64,000 nucleotides of DNA from Anthoceros angustus. Taxonomy: Eukaryota > Plantae > Anthocerotophyta. This document shows, piece by piece, positions 47,416 through 57,534 of this stretch. The stretch is taken from contig VJWM01000116.1 of NCBI GenBank assembly GCA_010909165.1, positions 1 to 64,000 of the forward strand, given 5' to 3'. The first letter of the stretch is position 1. Every line of letters starts with the position of its first letter. The position numbers and the translations under genes are program-made. A model generated the notes under the pieces. That model saw only the letters and a list, made by a program, of their open reading frames with translations. It had not been told where the DNA came from and made no database searches.

Positions 47416-49978
47416 TCACCGTATGAATTCGTCCACCATCTCCTGGTACATGCCTGGGAGGAACCGCTTCCCCATATTTCTCACCAGCTCCACCGAGCTC
47501 GGAAACCTGGCTATCATCTTGCCATCTTTAAACACATGCAAGTCCCGAGTATACTGCCCTACGACCTGTCTGGCGCTACTCTTGTGCTTGGTTGCGAGTG
47601 TGAATATTGCTGACCACCTAATCTGGTAGTCAACCAACCTCCTCACATTTGTCAAGTTGTCACAGCAACGATAGTAAGTGAGAAGTGCATAACCCACGGA
47701 TGCGAAGTAGGCTACGATTTCCTCATCTGGAATGTTGGTCTTCGGCCCAAGTGAGTTCGGACGACTCTTCCGAGGAGTGAGTATCCCACGTTTCTTCAAC
47801 TTGTCTGTTATTTCCTCCATCGAGGCCAATACCTGTAGAGGAATAGTATCACGGTACTTGTTTCGCCTTTGAGCTCTCACCTTGTTGCTCACCCTGGGGG
47901 TGACAGCGGCTAATTCAGCTTCAGCCCTATCTTCCTCGTCCAAAAAGTCCTGCATCACCTGCGTCAAATTTTCATGAGCCTCCAATATCTCCTCCGGGAT
48001 TCCAAGCCAGGAAACCTTCATCATGTCCACCTTCTCCTTTTCCAGAAGCTCCAGAACTGTTTGCTTACTTTCACCTGCTTCAAGTTTCTCCAGGGCATAA
48101 TTTGTGACGATCTCCCTTGCTTTCTTGTGCAGGACGTGTTGTGCTTCCATGCTAGAAGCAACAGTTGACCTGACCTTCTTGAAAGCCCTTGCCCAGGCAA
48201 GCAGGATAAGATTCCTCATCTGGATATCCCAGCTCTCTTGTCGCTGCTTTGCAAACTGCTTGAGACGAGCCTTCACGCGCCGACGCTTCTCCATCCCCTT
48301 TGCATACCGTCTCATTCCTTTGGACTCCGGGAGCCCGGCAACTCGCATCCCGAGAAACCTTACGTGCCCACTGGTCACATGCACAAGATGGTCCAACTGG
48401 GCGTCTAGATGGAGATCTCTTTTGACAAAGTCCTGAATCTTGTGCTGGATATCCTTCATTAAAGGTTTTGGCCCAGTGAAACCAACCAGAAACTCGTCAC
48501 CGTAACGAAGGTATCTTATCCTCACTTCTGCATCCCCCTTCCGATAACTATACCCCTCATCTGCCTCTGATTCTGAGTCATCTGAAGCCTCGTCTTCCTG
48601 ATCATGAGTGTCCTCCTGAAAGTCATCCATGTCCCGACTATATTCATACTCTTTTTGCAACTTCAAGACTTCTTGATCGAGCTTGTCCAAATAGACATTG
48701 CAAAGAGCCTTCATAAGTATACTGCCTCTTGGGAATCCGGTCTCAGGTGGGGGATCCTTCAGTTCATGGCAGACACGCGCCTCCATCTGATACAGTCTCA
48801 GCACCAAATCAACAAACCGTTGGTCTTCTATCTGCTCCTCCAGAACACGACGAAGCTGCTGTCGATTCATCTGTTCGTAACACTTCCTGATGTCATATTT
48901 CATGAAGAAATTTATCCCCCTCCACTTCTTCTTCATTTGCAGCATGACAGAGTGGCAACCCTTGGATGGACGAAAGCCATGGGAGTAGTCAGAGAAGTGT
49001 GGCTCGTACACTCTGCTCAAAGCCATACTAGCTGCCTTTGCAAGCAGCTTCTCACTTGGGTCAACTAAAGACCACGATCTGCCCGGAATCCTCACAAACT
49101 CAAATGGTCCCTCTAGCAGAACTCCACCAAGTCCCATCCTGTCTTCTCTTGATTCGGCAGCAACTACCTCCATTTTGCACAGCCTCACTACCTCCATCAG
49201 GTTCTCATATTTGCCACTAGGTCCACGAGGTAACCTTGCCATGCGCACAGCCTCATCATCCATCTGGTCCATCATTTCATCCTGTACAGATACCAAGCCT
49301 CCCGTGCCATCAGCCTCTGCCTTCTCGATCATGTCATCCTGCACATGAATGAAGCCCGACGAGCTATCAGCCTCAGGATGTGACTCCGAAACAAAATCCA
49401 CCTCCTCCTCGGGTTCAGGCAACCAAGCTGACCTCCAAGTCGACCCTGTATCCAAAACACAACACGTGAGAGAGCACCACACAAGGAAGCATCTCCACAA
49501 TTGAATCCCACTGCCAAGAACCCGTTTTCTCCCAACGCAGCATTCAAAACCCACCTGAGCACCACCTCCTCGGCTCAATCATACGCGACACACCCTCGCC
49601 AGGCCTAAATTGCCCGATGCCAACTGGCATTTTCAAAGGCCAGCAGCCATCCGCTGTGAGAGCTGAACGTGACAGCGCGCATTTGAATGCAGCACCTGCT
49701 AATGTGAGCTCACCAGGCTGCCCTGCCCCCATCTGTACGACACAAGAGACACCACCAAAACATGAGACCACCACAATCCCGTGCCGAGAACGTGATCCAG
49801 GCCCTAACAAACGCACCTCCAGAGCAGCGGGCTCACGAGATTCTGCCGATGTCCATCGCAAAGGACGATTGCCGTCCAGCCATGGTAATGCACCAGAAGC
49901 CCGTTTCAGCAGAATGTCCCACGCATTGATCACACCACCCCTCACAGCAACACCCGCTGCAACTGACCTCCTTCCCAT
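47416..49978 (-). CDS. matR: Nuclear-encoded MatR-type group II intron maturase (RT + domain X), predicted 789 aa; exons 49978-49817, 49732-49555, 49445-47416
   Basis: YEPHFSDYSHGFRP..GCHS, DIRKC, NVYLDKLDQE, YLRYGDEFLVG, VRFLG, EKRRRVK and domain X YYRCCDNL..VR..VD.QIRWSAIFTLATKHKSSAR match plant mitochondrial MatR; a GT-AG intron at 49446-49554 joins the upstream ORF in frame; probable 84-bp intron at 49733-49816. Confidence 0.88.
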
Positions 49979-50090
49979 CTCCCCAATGCCCTCTTCCGCA
50001 TGAGCATTACATCACAATACATACATGCCGTAACCCACGCGGAGCAAACAGCAATCAAAGGACTCGATTGTCAGGTTCCACAACGAGGTG

Positions 50091-50105
50091 TTAAACCCTA
50101 AACCC
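50091..50105. promoter_or_regulatory. Telo-box (AAACCCTA) in the shared divergent intergenic region
   Basis: TTAAACCCTAAACCC about 115 bp upstream of the matR-like ATG. Confidence 0.4.
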
Positions 50106-50713
50106 AACCGCCCTCCCGTGAGACCTGTAGAACGAGAAACCTCCCATGATACATCATGGAGTATCATGGGAGGTGTCATGGGCTCCCTGGTATGCAGTAC
50201 ATACATACATACCAGGGTGACTGAAAGTTACTCAACCCCGCTTGTATTGTCCTCCAGTTGAATTCCGTACCGTGGGCGTTAAAAGCTTTATTTAGCAAAC
50301 GTCAGGAACGGCGGAATTATATTTTATATTTTACAAGATGAAATCTAACAATTCTAACCCCGCTTCCTATTCCTTTTTTAGGGGGGAAGGGGTCCGCAAG
50401 CACACGGCTTGTCATCTCGGCATTGGCAGGCGTTTGTAACGTTCCTCCCAGCAATCCACGCGGTTCTGGTGCGGTTCAAACCGAGGCTGTTCTGCAACAG
50501 CTGGCCTGGCCGGAGAGAGCGAGGCGAAGGCGCGACCTGGTTGAAGCTTCCTGGTTGAATGACAGAAGGGGCAAGATTTTTGTGTGTCAGGCACGGTGTG
50601 CGAGTCAGGCTCGGAGCGCGGGACGGGCACAGCCGAGTGCTGAAAGCCGGAATGCCAGATATCATGGTGGTGAATGCAAGGGCGTAGCGCTGAGAGCCTT
50701 CAACTGCGAGGAG

Positions 50714-51973
50714 ATGACGAAGGGAAGCTCCCCGATCCGGGAGTTGAAGGACTTCAAGGACGTCCTGACCGGAGCTTCTCCGGAATACGAGTTGGTGCAT
50801 CCTTCGGGAGGCTGCGGGGAGGCCAGGAAGTACTTCAACTCCAAGGCTGCCGCCGTTCTTCTCGTCATTGCAGTGGTTGTGGTGCTGGCCGTGGTGATAC
50901 CGCTGGCGGTGGTTTTGCCTCGGCGTGGAGGTGGTTCCAGCCTTAGTGTGAACAGCGGGGGCGGCGGGGGTGGCGTTGGCGGTGGCGTTTCTCCCGCTGC
51001 GCAACCGCCTGCGAGCGCTGTGCAGCAGGTGTCGGATCTGATCAAGTTGGCCTGTAATGGCAGTTTGTACCAGGAATCGTGCGTTCAGTCCTTGTCTGCA
51101 TACCCTGGCGGGAATAACGCGACCTTGAGGGATCTGGTGGAGATAGGGCTTTTGATTGCCAAGGCGCAGAGTGAAGCGGGGTGGCAGGCTGCAACCGCTT
51201 TTTTGACTAAGGGTTCTGGTGGTGGAAGTCCGGTGCTCGTTGGTGCGTTGCAAGACTGTGCTCAGCTTATGGAAAGCTCGTTAGGCGGCTTGAATACGTC
51301 GATCGGGATCTACAGCAATTTGAGTACGGTGGCTGCGCTAGCGGTGAATGAGTTAGACGACATGAACCAGCAGCTGAGTGCCAGCGAGACTGACATTGAC
51401 ACATGTTATGAAAGTTTGAAGGAAATGGGGGACTCCCAGATTGGTGATCAATTTCTTCAGCTTTCTGACACTGCGAAACGGATGATCAGTGATGCATTGC
51501 ATCTGACCAACTACTTGAAGGGGACTTTGGACGAACCTGATGATGAATCTGCTGATCCGCCTGTGCCCAACCGACGTCTGCTCTCGATAAGTCCAGGTCT
51601 GAGATCCTGGAGTCTTCGATTTCCCAGCGTTTTGAGATTACCGGCGACCGAGGTTGAGGAGAGGGCTGTTGAGAACGTGTTGGTGTCAGGGAGAGGGGAA
51701 AGGGCAGATTCGGGTCATGCAGACTCTCAGAAGGTGGTGCCTTGCGTCCTGAACTGCTTCAGAGCGGATCCTGTGTGTGGTGAAGACGGAGTGACGTATT
51801 GGTGTGGCGTGGCTGATGCCAAGTGCGCTGGAGTTGAGGTGGCACATTCTGGATTCTGTAATTTCCAAAATGGAGCAGGTGGGAAAGGGTCCATGGCACA
51901 GCAATCTTTGCTTCTAGTACACCTCCTCTGGCTGTTCTTTGCAGGGCTGCTTGTCCTTATTGAACTACCATGA
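50714..51973 (+). CDS. Chimeric membrane protein: N-terminal TM + PMEI/invertase-inhibitor domain + RRLL site + Kazal-type serine protease inhibitor + C-terminal hydrophobic anchor (419 aa, intronless)
   Basis: TM VLLVIAVVVVLAVVIPLAVV; IKLACNGSLYQESC...ALQDCAQL...LSASETDIDTCYESL; RRLL at 51572-51583; CVLNCFRADPVCGEDGVTYWCGVADAKCAGVEVAHSGFC; SLLLVHLLWLFFAGLLVL. Confidence 0.85.
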   Translation: MTKGSSPIRELKDFKDVLTGASPEYELVHPSGGCGEARKYFNSKAAAVLLVIAVVVVLAVVIPLAVVLPRRGGGSSLSVNSGGGGGGVGGGVSPAAQPPASAVQQVSDLIKLACNGSLYQESCVQSLSAYPGGNNATLRDLVEIGLLIAKAQSEAGWQAATAFLTKGSGGGSPVLVGALQDCAQLMESSLGGLNTSIGIYSNLSTVAALAVNELDDMNQQLSASETDIDTCYESLKEMGDSQIGDQFLQLSDTAKRMISDALHLTNYLKGTLDEPDDESADPPVPNRRLLSISPGLRSWSLRFPSVLRLPATEVEERAVENVLVSGRGERADSGHADSQKVVPCVLNCFRADPVCGEDGVTYWCGVADAKCAGVEVAHSGFCNFQNGAGGKGSMAQQSLLLVHLLWLFFAGLLVLIELP

Positions 51974-52605
51974 GCTCTACATCAGCCTACTTGTTAAGCT
52001 GACATGCAGGTGCTGATTTTTAGATGGTTGCCTGTTTTGCTTCTAGGTCGTTGAGGCTTGCCAAAAGTTGACAGTTAATCATGGACCCAAGGCTAGGGAT
52101 GCAATAAGCCCTGAAATCCTTAGGGCAGATGGTTTTCATTATTCATTTTGCGAGATCAGGCAGTCTGACAATGTATTTGTACGAGATGTTTGTGAGCAGA
52201 CAAAGCAGATATTATTTCTGGGAACTTCTCATTGCTCATGGTTTCTTCCACGCCTGAGATTTCACATCGCACATTGTTTCTTCCACTCCTGAGATTTCAC
52301 ATCGCACATGGTTTCCTCCAAACTCGAGTTTTGGATGGACTTTATTTCTCAGTTTCTTGTTCAGCGTAAGGACTGCAACCTGCCAACGCTCTGTAAACTC
52401 TTGGGTTTCTGATCTAAGTAAGCTGTATATAAACAAAATATAAAATACTTAATAATTACAAAGTATGTTATAAATATATTATAAGTATCAAATACCAGGG
52501 AGGATTTCCATGAACCTGTTTAGCGGTGTTCCGAGCAAAAAACAAGGGTTATGAATTCTCTTTCATTACAATCTAAGGCTTACACCTAACCCAAAACACT
52601 AGGAC

Positions 52606-53068
52606 CGTGTTTTCATCAGTATTTTGGAAAGTCCTCTAGATGTAGAGTTCAAAATCCAGCGTTTTCATCCGTATTTTGGAAAGTCCTCTAGATGTAGAGT
52701 TCAAAATCCAGCTATCCAGCTGTGCCAAATAGACACATATTTATAAGAACATCGTGATTAAGCATCCTGGATACACATTTATAAGAACATCGTGAATAAG
52801 CATCCTGCGCTTAGATGTACTTAGATGGGGTGCCTAAAGGGAGTGGATGCCCTTGGTGCAAGTAGCTTAGGCACACCATGGTACAAGTTGTTAAGTACCA
52901 AGTCCCATGACGGAAAATAGATCGGTACTTAGATGGGGTACCTAAAGGGAGTGGATGCCCTTGGTGCAAGTAGCTTGGGCACACCATGGTACAAGTTGTT
53001 AAGTACCAAGTCCCATGACGGAAATCCGTCCTTAGTGGACTTAAATAAAATTCTTCTTCTTCTTCTTC
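52606..53068 (+). mobile_element. SINE/LINE-type 3' end with three successive internal tandem duplications, stem-loop, AATAAA and (TTC)n tail
   Basis: Duplicated 52-bp, ~38-bp and ~108-bp blocks; ends GACGGAAATCCGTC..GGACTTAAATAAAATTCTTCTTCTTCTTC. Confidence 0.7.
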
Positions 53069-53842
53069 TATATTTACTGATGATAGAAATAAAGGATTCA
53101 ATGTTTTAGTATTTTATGGTCACTACATATATTAGTTAGCATACTTTCATGACATACGTTGTAACTTTTCAGCTTTAGAGATGTTTTTCTTAAAGAAGCT
53201 TGAAAGGCGCTTTTGCACAAAGCTGGAAAAGACAACTTGACTCTAGGGACTCAAGGAGCGAGAAAATTGACTCAAAAGTAACTTATCAGCGTCTTGACTT
53301 GACTCCAAAGTACAAGGAACAAGAAAATTGACTCAAAACAAGAAAATTGACTCAAAATCAAAATTGCCAATGGCCTGACTTGTATCTTATTATAGCAAAG
53401 CCACGACGAAAAAGGAAAAAAGTTAGTTAGGAGACCTAGGAGGCACTTATCTTTGGAGTGAGTCCTCCGAGCCCACTGTCCCACAGCCTGAAGGTTGCAC
53501 AGCTCCTCTATTTGATTGGTGGGGTGATTAAGATAGGTAAGCCACCAATGGAAAAATATCACATATTCTTTAAGAGAAGCCCGGAAGAGGAAAGTCGTTC
53601 ACCTTAACTTTCGTTCACCTTAGCTTACATATCTCTTATTTCTAGAATTTCAAAAATTCATAGCACTTTCTCAAAACACACCCTGTCTTTGTAGTTTTTT
53701 TTGACCCAAAAGTAGTTTTATTTTATGCTAAAAAGGTAATATTTTTATGCGTAATAAATACTCTTTTGAATTCCTCCATTGTTCGACCCACCTGAGCTCG
53801 CCTCCGCTCTTGTTCAAGAAAGGAAGCAGGTTCTTGGCTTCT

Positions 53843-54490
53843 GGCCCAACCTTGCATCCAGGCCTTTCGATTCACACCGGTGTAAATCGGAAGGCCTGGA
53901 TGCAAGGTTGGGCCTATCTCTAAGATGAGAGGACCAAGTCTCTATTGCAGATGTGGTTGTACCAAACCCTACTCGAGATACCATGTGCGAGCATGTTATC
54001 ATTAACCCTTTGGGTTGAGCAACATGGGGATGCGCTACAACCAAGGTTCACAAGTGCACCCCTATGCAGGAAGGCCATGCTTTCATCCCCCTTGCTAATG
54101 AGACTCATAGGGCCATGAGCAAGAACTTCTCAACGTTTATCAAGGCTTGTGCTAAAGCATACCACATCCACAAGAACGGTGTAGGTCTCCCTCTTTCTTG
54201 TATGGTGGCTTTCTTCCGGCCACGAGTATCGATTGCTCTGCAAATGGCGCTGGCAAATGCAATTTTCAGCACAACTTCGAATGCGGGGAATGTAGAATCT
54301 ACAGCTCTAGTGCGCCGTAAGTAGGCCCTTCCTTATTCTAGACTATGACATCTTGGGAGCGGTAGGTAACTTCAAAGTAGACATTCGGGGGGCCTAGTCC
54401 CTCTTTGCCTGGGGCCCTCTAGAGGGTTGTTCCCCATCGACTTGGTGTAGATGGGACTTCCTATCTAAAGTCTCCATGTTTCATTAATAG
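53843..54490 (+). mobile_element. 5'-truncated RLE-type (CRE-like) non-LTR retrotransposon fragment with a 72-bp foldback at its 5' end
   Basis: ADVVVPNPT...FIPLANET...FFRPRVSIALQ...ANAI resembles the C-terminal restriction-like endonuclease of CRE-clade elements; palindrome at 53843-53914. Confidence 0.6.
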
Positions 54491-54653
54491 ATATATATAA
54501 GATAAATATGTGAAACATCAAGTATAGAAACCTATTGATATTCTATTTTTCGTTTTCTAGCTATATATAACGATACAACCGCTATAGGTGAGCACATCAA
54601 CTTAAGTGAAGTGTTTGGCCATTGAGGAAACGAAAGTAGTGAGCGTATCAAAA

Positions 54654-55925
54654 ATGGTCGTACAACTTCCAAACCACCTGTGGAAAGAGATTTTATCATG
54701 CTTACCATGCCTCAACTTGGTTCAAGTGAGGTCAGTGTGCAAACAGTGGAACAAGGAAGCTGCGATGTTGCTAGCCAAGCCTAGGCAGCCCTGGTGCCTT
54801 TGCTGCTACTGGAAGCCCTCATTTTTTAATTCCATCCTAATGGCCTTTGACTCCGTCACATTTAAATGGTTTGAGATGTCAATGCCTTTTACGGTAGATC
54901 ACTCATTACGGTGGTTGACTTTGCATCCCAGCAATGGATACTCTGGGTTAGTGCTTTTGACCCGGAGAAATCCACATGAGGAGTTGTGGGTGGGGAATCC
55001 GGTGAAAGGCAAGTGGCGAAAGCTACTAACCAACAACGAGATTGGGATGCAAGAGGCCAGGCTGGCGACGACATTCCACAACTTGATCGTCAACGAGCAA
55101 AGCAAGTCGTATAAGATTGTGAAGTTTAGCATCACGCGAGAGCTAGAGGCACAGTTCCAATTCAAGAGCAATTGGACTACAGAAGTTTATGAGTCTGAGA
55201 CTGGCCGATGGAGACCAGGGGCTTCTTGTATGACCACTGAAGTAATGATAGAAAATTGCTTGGAAAATTACAACAAGTGTGAGTCACATGGCGTCATCTA
55301 CTTCCTCCTGAAGAAAGGACATCGTGATACTTGGCTATTAACTCCTTTTGCACAGCGGGTGAGCATCATGAGCTACAATATAGAGTTGGACAAGTTCAAC
55401 ATCGTCCTGGAGGCAGCTCCATTACAACGCAATTCCTGGATGACCAAGAGCAACCTCTTCTTTTACTCTCTCGAGCCCTTCATCGTCGAAAGTGAACACG
55501 AGGTCACGAGAAGGATTCAAATTGTGGCAAGACTATGGTCCTCTCATCTTTGGAGGCATGAAGCCTCCATATTAGCTTCTAGCAACAACCTGTGCGTGAT
55601 GAGATATGAGCCTCACAAGAATGCTTGGGTCCTAGTTGATGACTCCCAATTCACGATTTCCCCAAGCCTAGATGCCTCCACCTCCACCTGGCCCTCGCAA
55701 TCGGAGAAGCCTCTCTCACATGGTCTTTTCTACACTTCCTTCATGAATTATCAATATTCCCCCTATGGCTATAGCCACACGCATTCTAGTGAGGTTATCA
55801 TGTACGAGCCTCACAACAAGAAATGGACTCAACTGCCTTGTCCAAACAAGGTGCTATACAATATGGAGAAGACCTTGTTCTTTTCCACATATTCCTTCAT
55901 ACCACGCCTAGATGTAGATCCGTAA
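54654..55925 (+). CDS. F-box protein with F-box-associated (kelch/FBA-like) C-terminus, intronless, 423 aa
   Basis: LPNHLWKEILSCLPCLNLVQVRSVCKQW; VGNPVKGKWRKL; TEVYESETGRW; C-terminal FIPRLDVDP. Confidence 0.92.
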   Translation: MVVQLPNHLWKEILSCLPCLNLVQVRSVCKQWNKEAAMLLAKPRQPWCLCCYWKPSFFNSILMAFDSVTFKWFEMSMPFTVDHSLRWLTLHPSNGYSGLVLLTRRNPHEELWVGNPVKGKWRKLLTNNEIGMQEARLATTFHNLIVNEQSKSYKIVKFSITRELEAQFQFKSNWTTEVYESETGRWRPGASCMTTEVMIENCLENYNKCESHGVIYFLLKKGHRDTWLLTPFAQRVSIMSYNIELDKFNIVLEAAPLQRNSWMTKSNLFFYSLEPFIVESEHEVTRRIQIVARLWSSHLWRHEASILASSNNLCVMRYEPHKNAWVLVDDSQFTISPSLDASTSTWPSQSEKPLSHGLFYTSFMNYQYSPYGYSHTHSSEVIMYEPHNKKWTQLPCPNKVLYNMEKTLFFSTYSFIPRLDVDP

Positions 55926-56635
55926 CCTCCCATGTTGCCCAATGGTTTTTTATATTTTCAAAGTTTTATTGTCATCATATTATAAAATTATATATAATAT
56001 AATATAATAATTAAGATATGAATACGGTATAAGTTTAGTGGCTTACCTTTACCTTTTTCGGTTTTTGTGCTGAATATGCTACCTTCCGGTCTCCTTGGAG
56101 TTAGATTATCTCTTAATTTTGTTTGTTCAAATTCCTGTTCCATTTGTTCTTCCTCGAGAATGATGTTCTTTCTAACCCCAACAACTACAATCCCATACAT
56201 TCTGCTTACTTTCCGCTCTTATGTCAATCTGTTCCGCTCCGGATATGGTACTTGATGTTGGCTCAAGATATGACTTGGCTTGAGAATTGCGGCTGCTTAC
56301 TTTCCACTCTTCCGTCAATCTGTCCTGTTACGGAAATGGTATTTGATGTTGGCTTAAGGTATGGCTTGGCTTCAGAACGAGCTATCCTTGCGGGGAGGGA
56401 TACACTAGAGCTCTCTCAAATTTTGCTGGCCCCACACGTGGACAAAAACCGCGTGTACGTTTAGGTGTTAGGTATACATAACTGTATCCCGAGATGCGTG
56501 TATGTAGCTGTATGTGCAGACTGCAGACGCTACTCTGTTGTTAGTTATTGCGGTTAAGAATAAAGAAAAATAAATGGTTTTACGGGCTTCGAATTTCGAA
56601 TTTCATTCACAGGGCGACTGGCAACGGTTGATAGG

Positions 56636-56790
56636 CGACGGGAGACGGGGAACGGTCGGCGACGGGCGACGGGCGACGGGAGACGGGCGACGGGCGACGG
56701 GCGGCGGGCATGGTGCAGTCCGCCCCTGGGGAGTCCGAGGGACGGCGGCGAGGGCAACGGGAACGGGAACGGCAACGGCAACGGCGCCGG
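56636..56790 (+). repeat. GC-rich short tandem repeats (CGACGGG)n and (GGCAAC/GGGAAC)n in the probable leader of the DUF604 gene
   Basis: Directly visible. Confidence 0.8.
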
Positions 56791-57534
56791 CGCGGACGAT
56801 TCACGAATCACGACCCGGAATCCGATTTCCCGTTCGATTTCAAGTGCAGGGCAGCAGGGGCGATAAGAGCGGGTGGGGCCGGTGGGGAGCAGGCCCTCTG
56901 CAAGTGGGGACTGGATGTTTGAACAGGGAGGGTGATGGGCGGCCGTGCCTACCCGGCTCCCTCCTCCCTCCCAGCCCTTCTCGCTCCCGCCGCGGGACCC
57001 CAACCCAGTCGCGCGGTTAAGTGCCGGTTAGCCTGGCCGCGGAGCTGGTTGGCGCACTCTCTGCTGTAACCAGCGTGTGCATCGGGCGCTTCACGACCTG
57101 CGACCAGCGTACAGCGTCCAGCCTTTGCTTCCCGCATTTTATTGCCGGATCCAATCGGGATCCCTCATCTGCCGCCTGCCTCGTGCCTACTCCCGTGGTT
57201 GTGGATGGGATGCTGCTGCTGCTGCCGCTGGCGGCTGGAGTGATCGATTGATGAGCCGTGTGGTGTGGAGCAAGCCGGGGGCAGAGGAGGCGTGGTGATC
57301 GGGGTCTGGGAGATGGAGGATTGGAGGTGAGCCGGGATCGTGGCTGCCAGGTAGGGTAGAGTGATGAGGAGGAGGAGGAGGGAGCTGGAAGGTTGCTGCT
57401 GGCAGCTCAGGAACCGCGGAGCGGGTTGAATTTAAGGCGGAGGCGGAGGCGGAGGAGGATAGGAGCGGGGAGGTGGAGGTGGAGGTGGAGGTGCAGGAGG
57501 AGGAGGAGGACGAGGGAAGGGGAGAGGAGGAAAC

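Noticed and set aside
47416-49578. Bacterial retron, DGR or defence RT; start at the listed alternative codon 49578
   Set aside because: The motifs are MatR-type with domain X; the first part of that ORF is read-through of an intron
50378-51253. 291-aa antisense ORF, and the upstream extension 50423-50713
   Set aside because: Shadow of the GC-rich PMEI-Kazal gene; the first ATG is at 50714
52800-53100. Penelope pseudo-LTR with a hammerhead ribozyme
   Set aside because: The tandem duplication is suggestive, but no CTGANGA...GAAA core with proper stems was found
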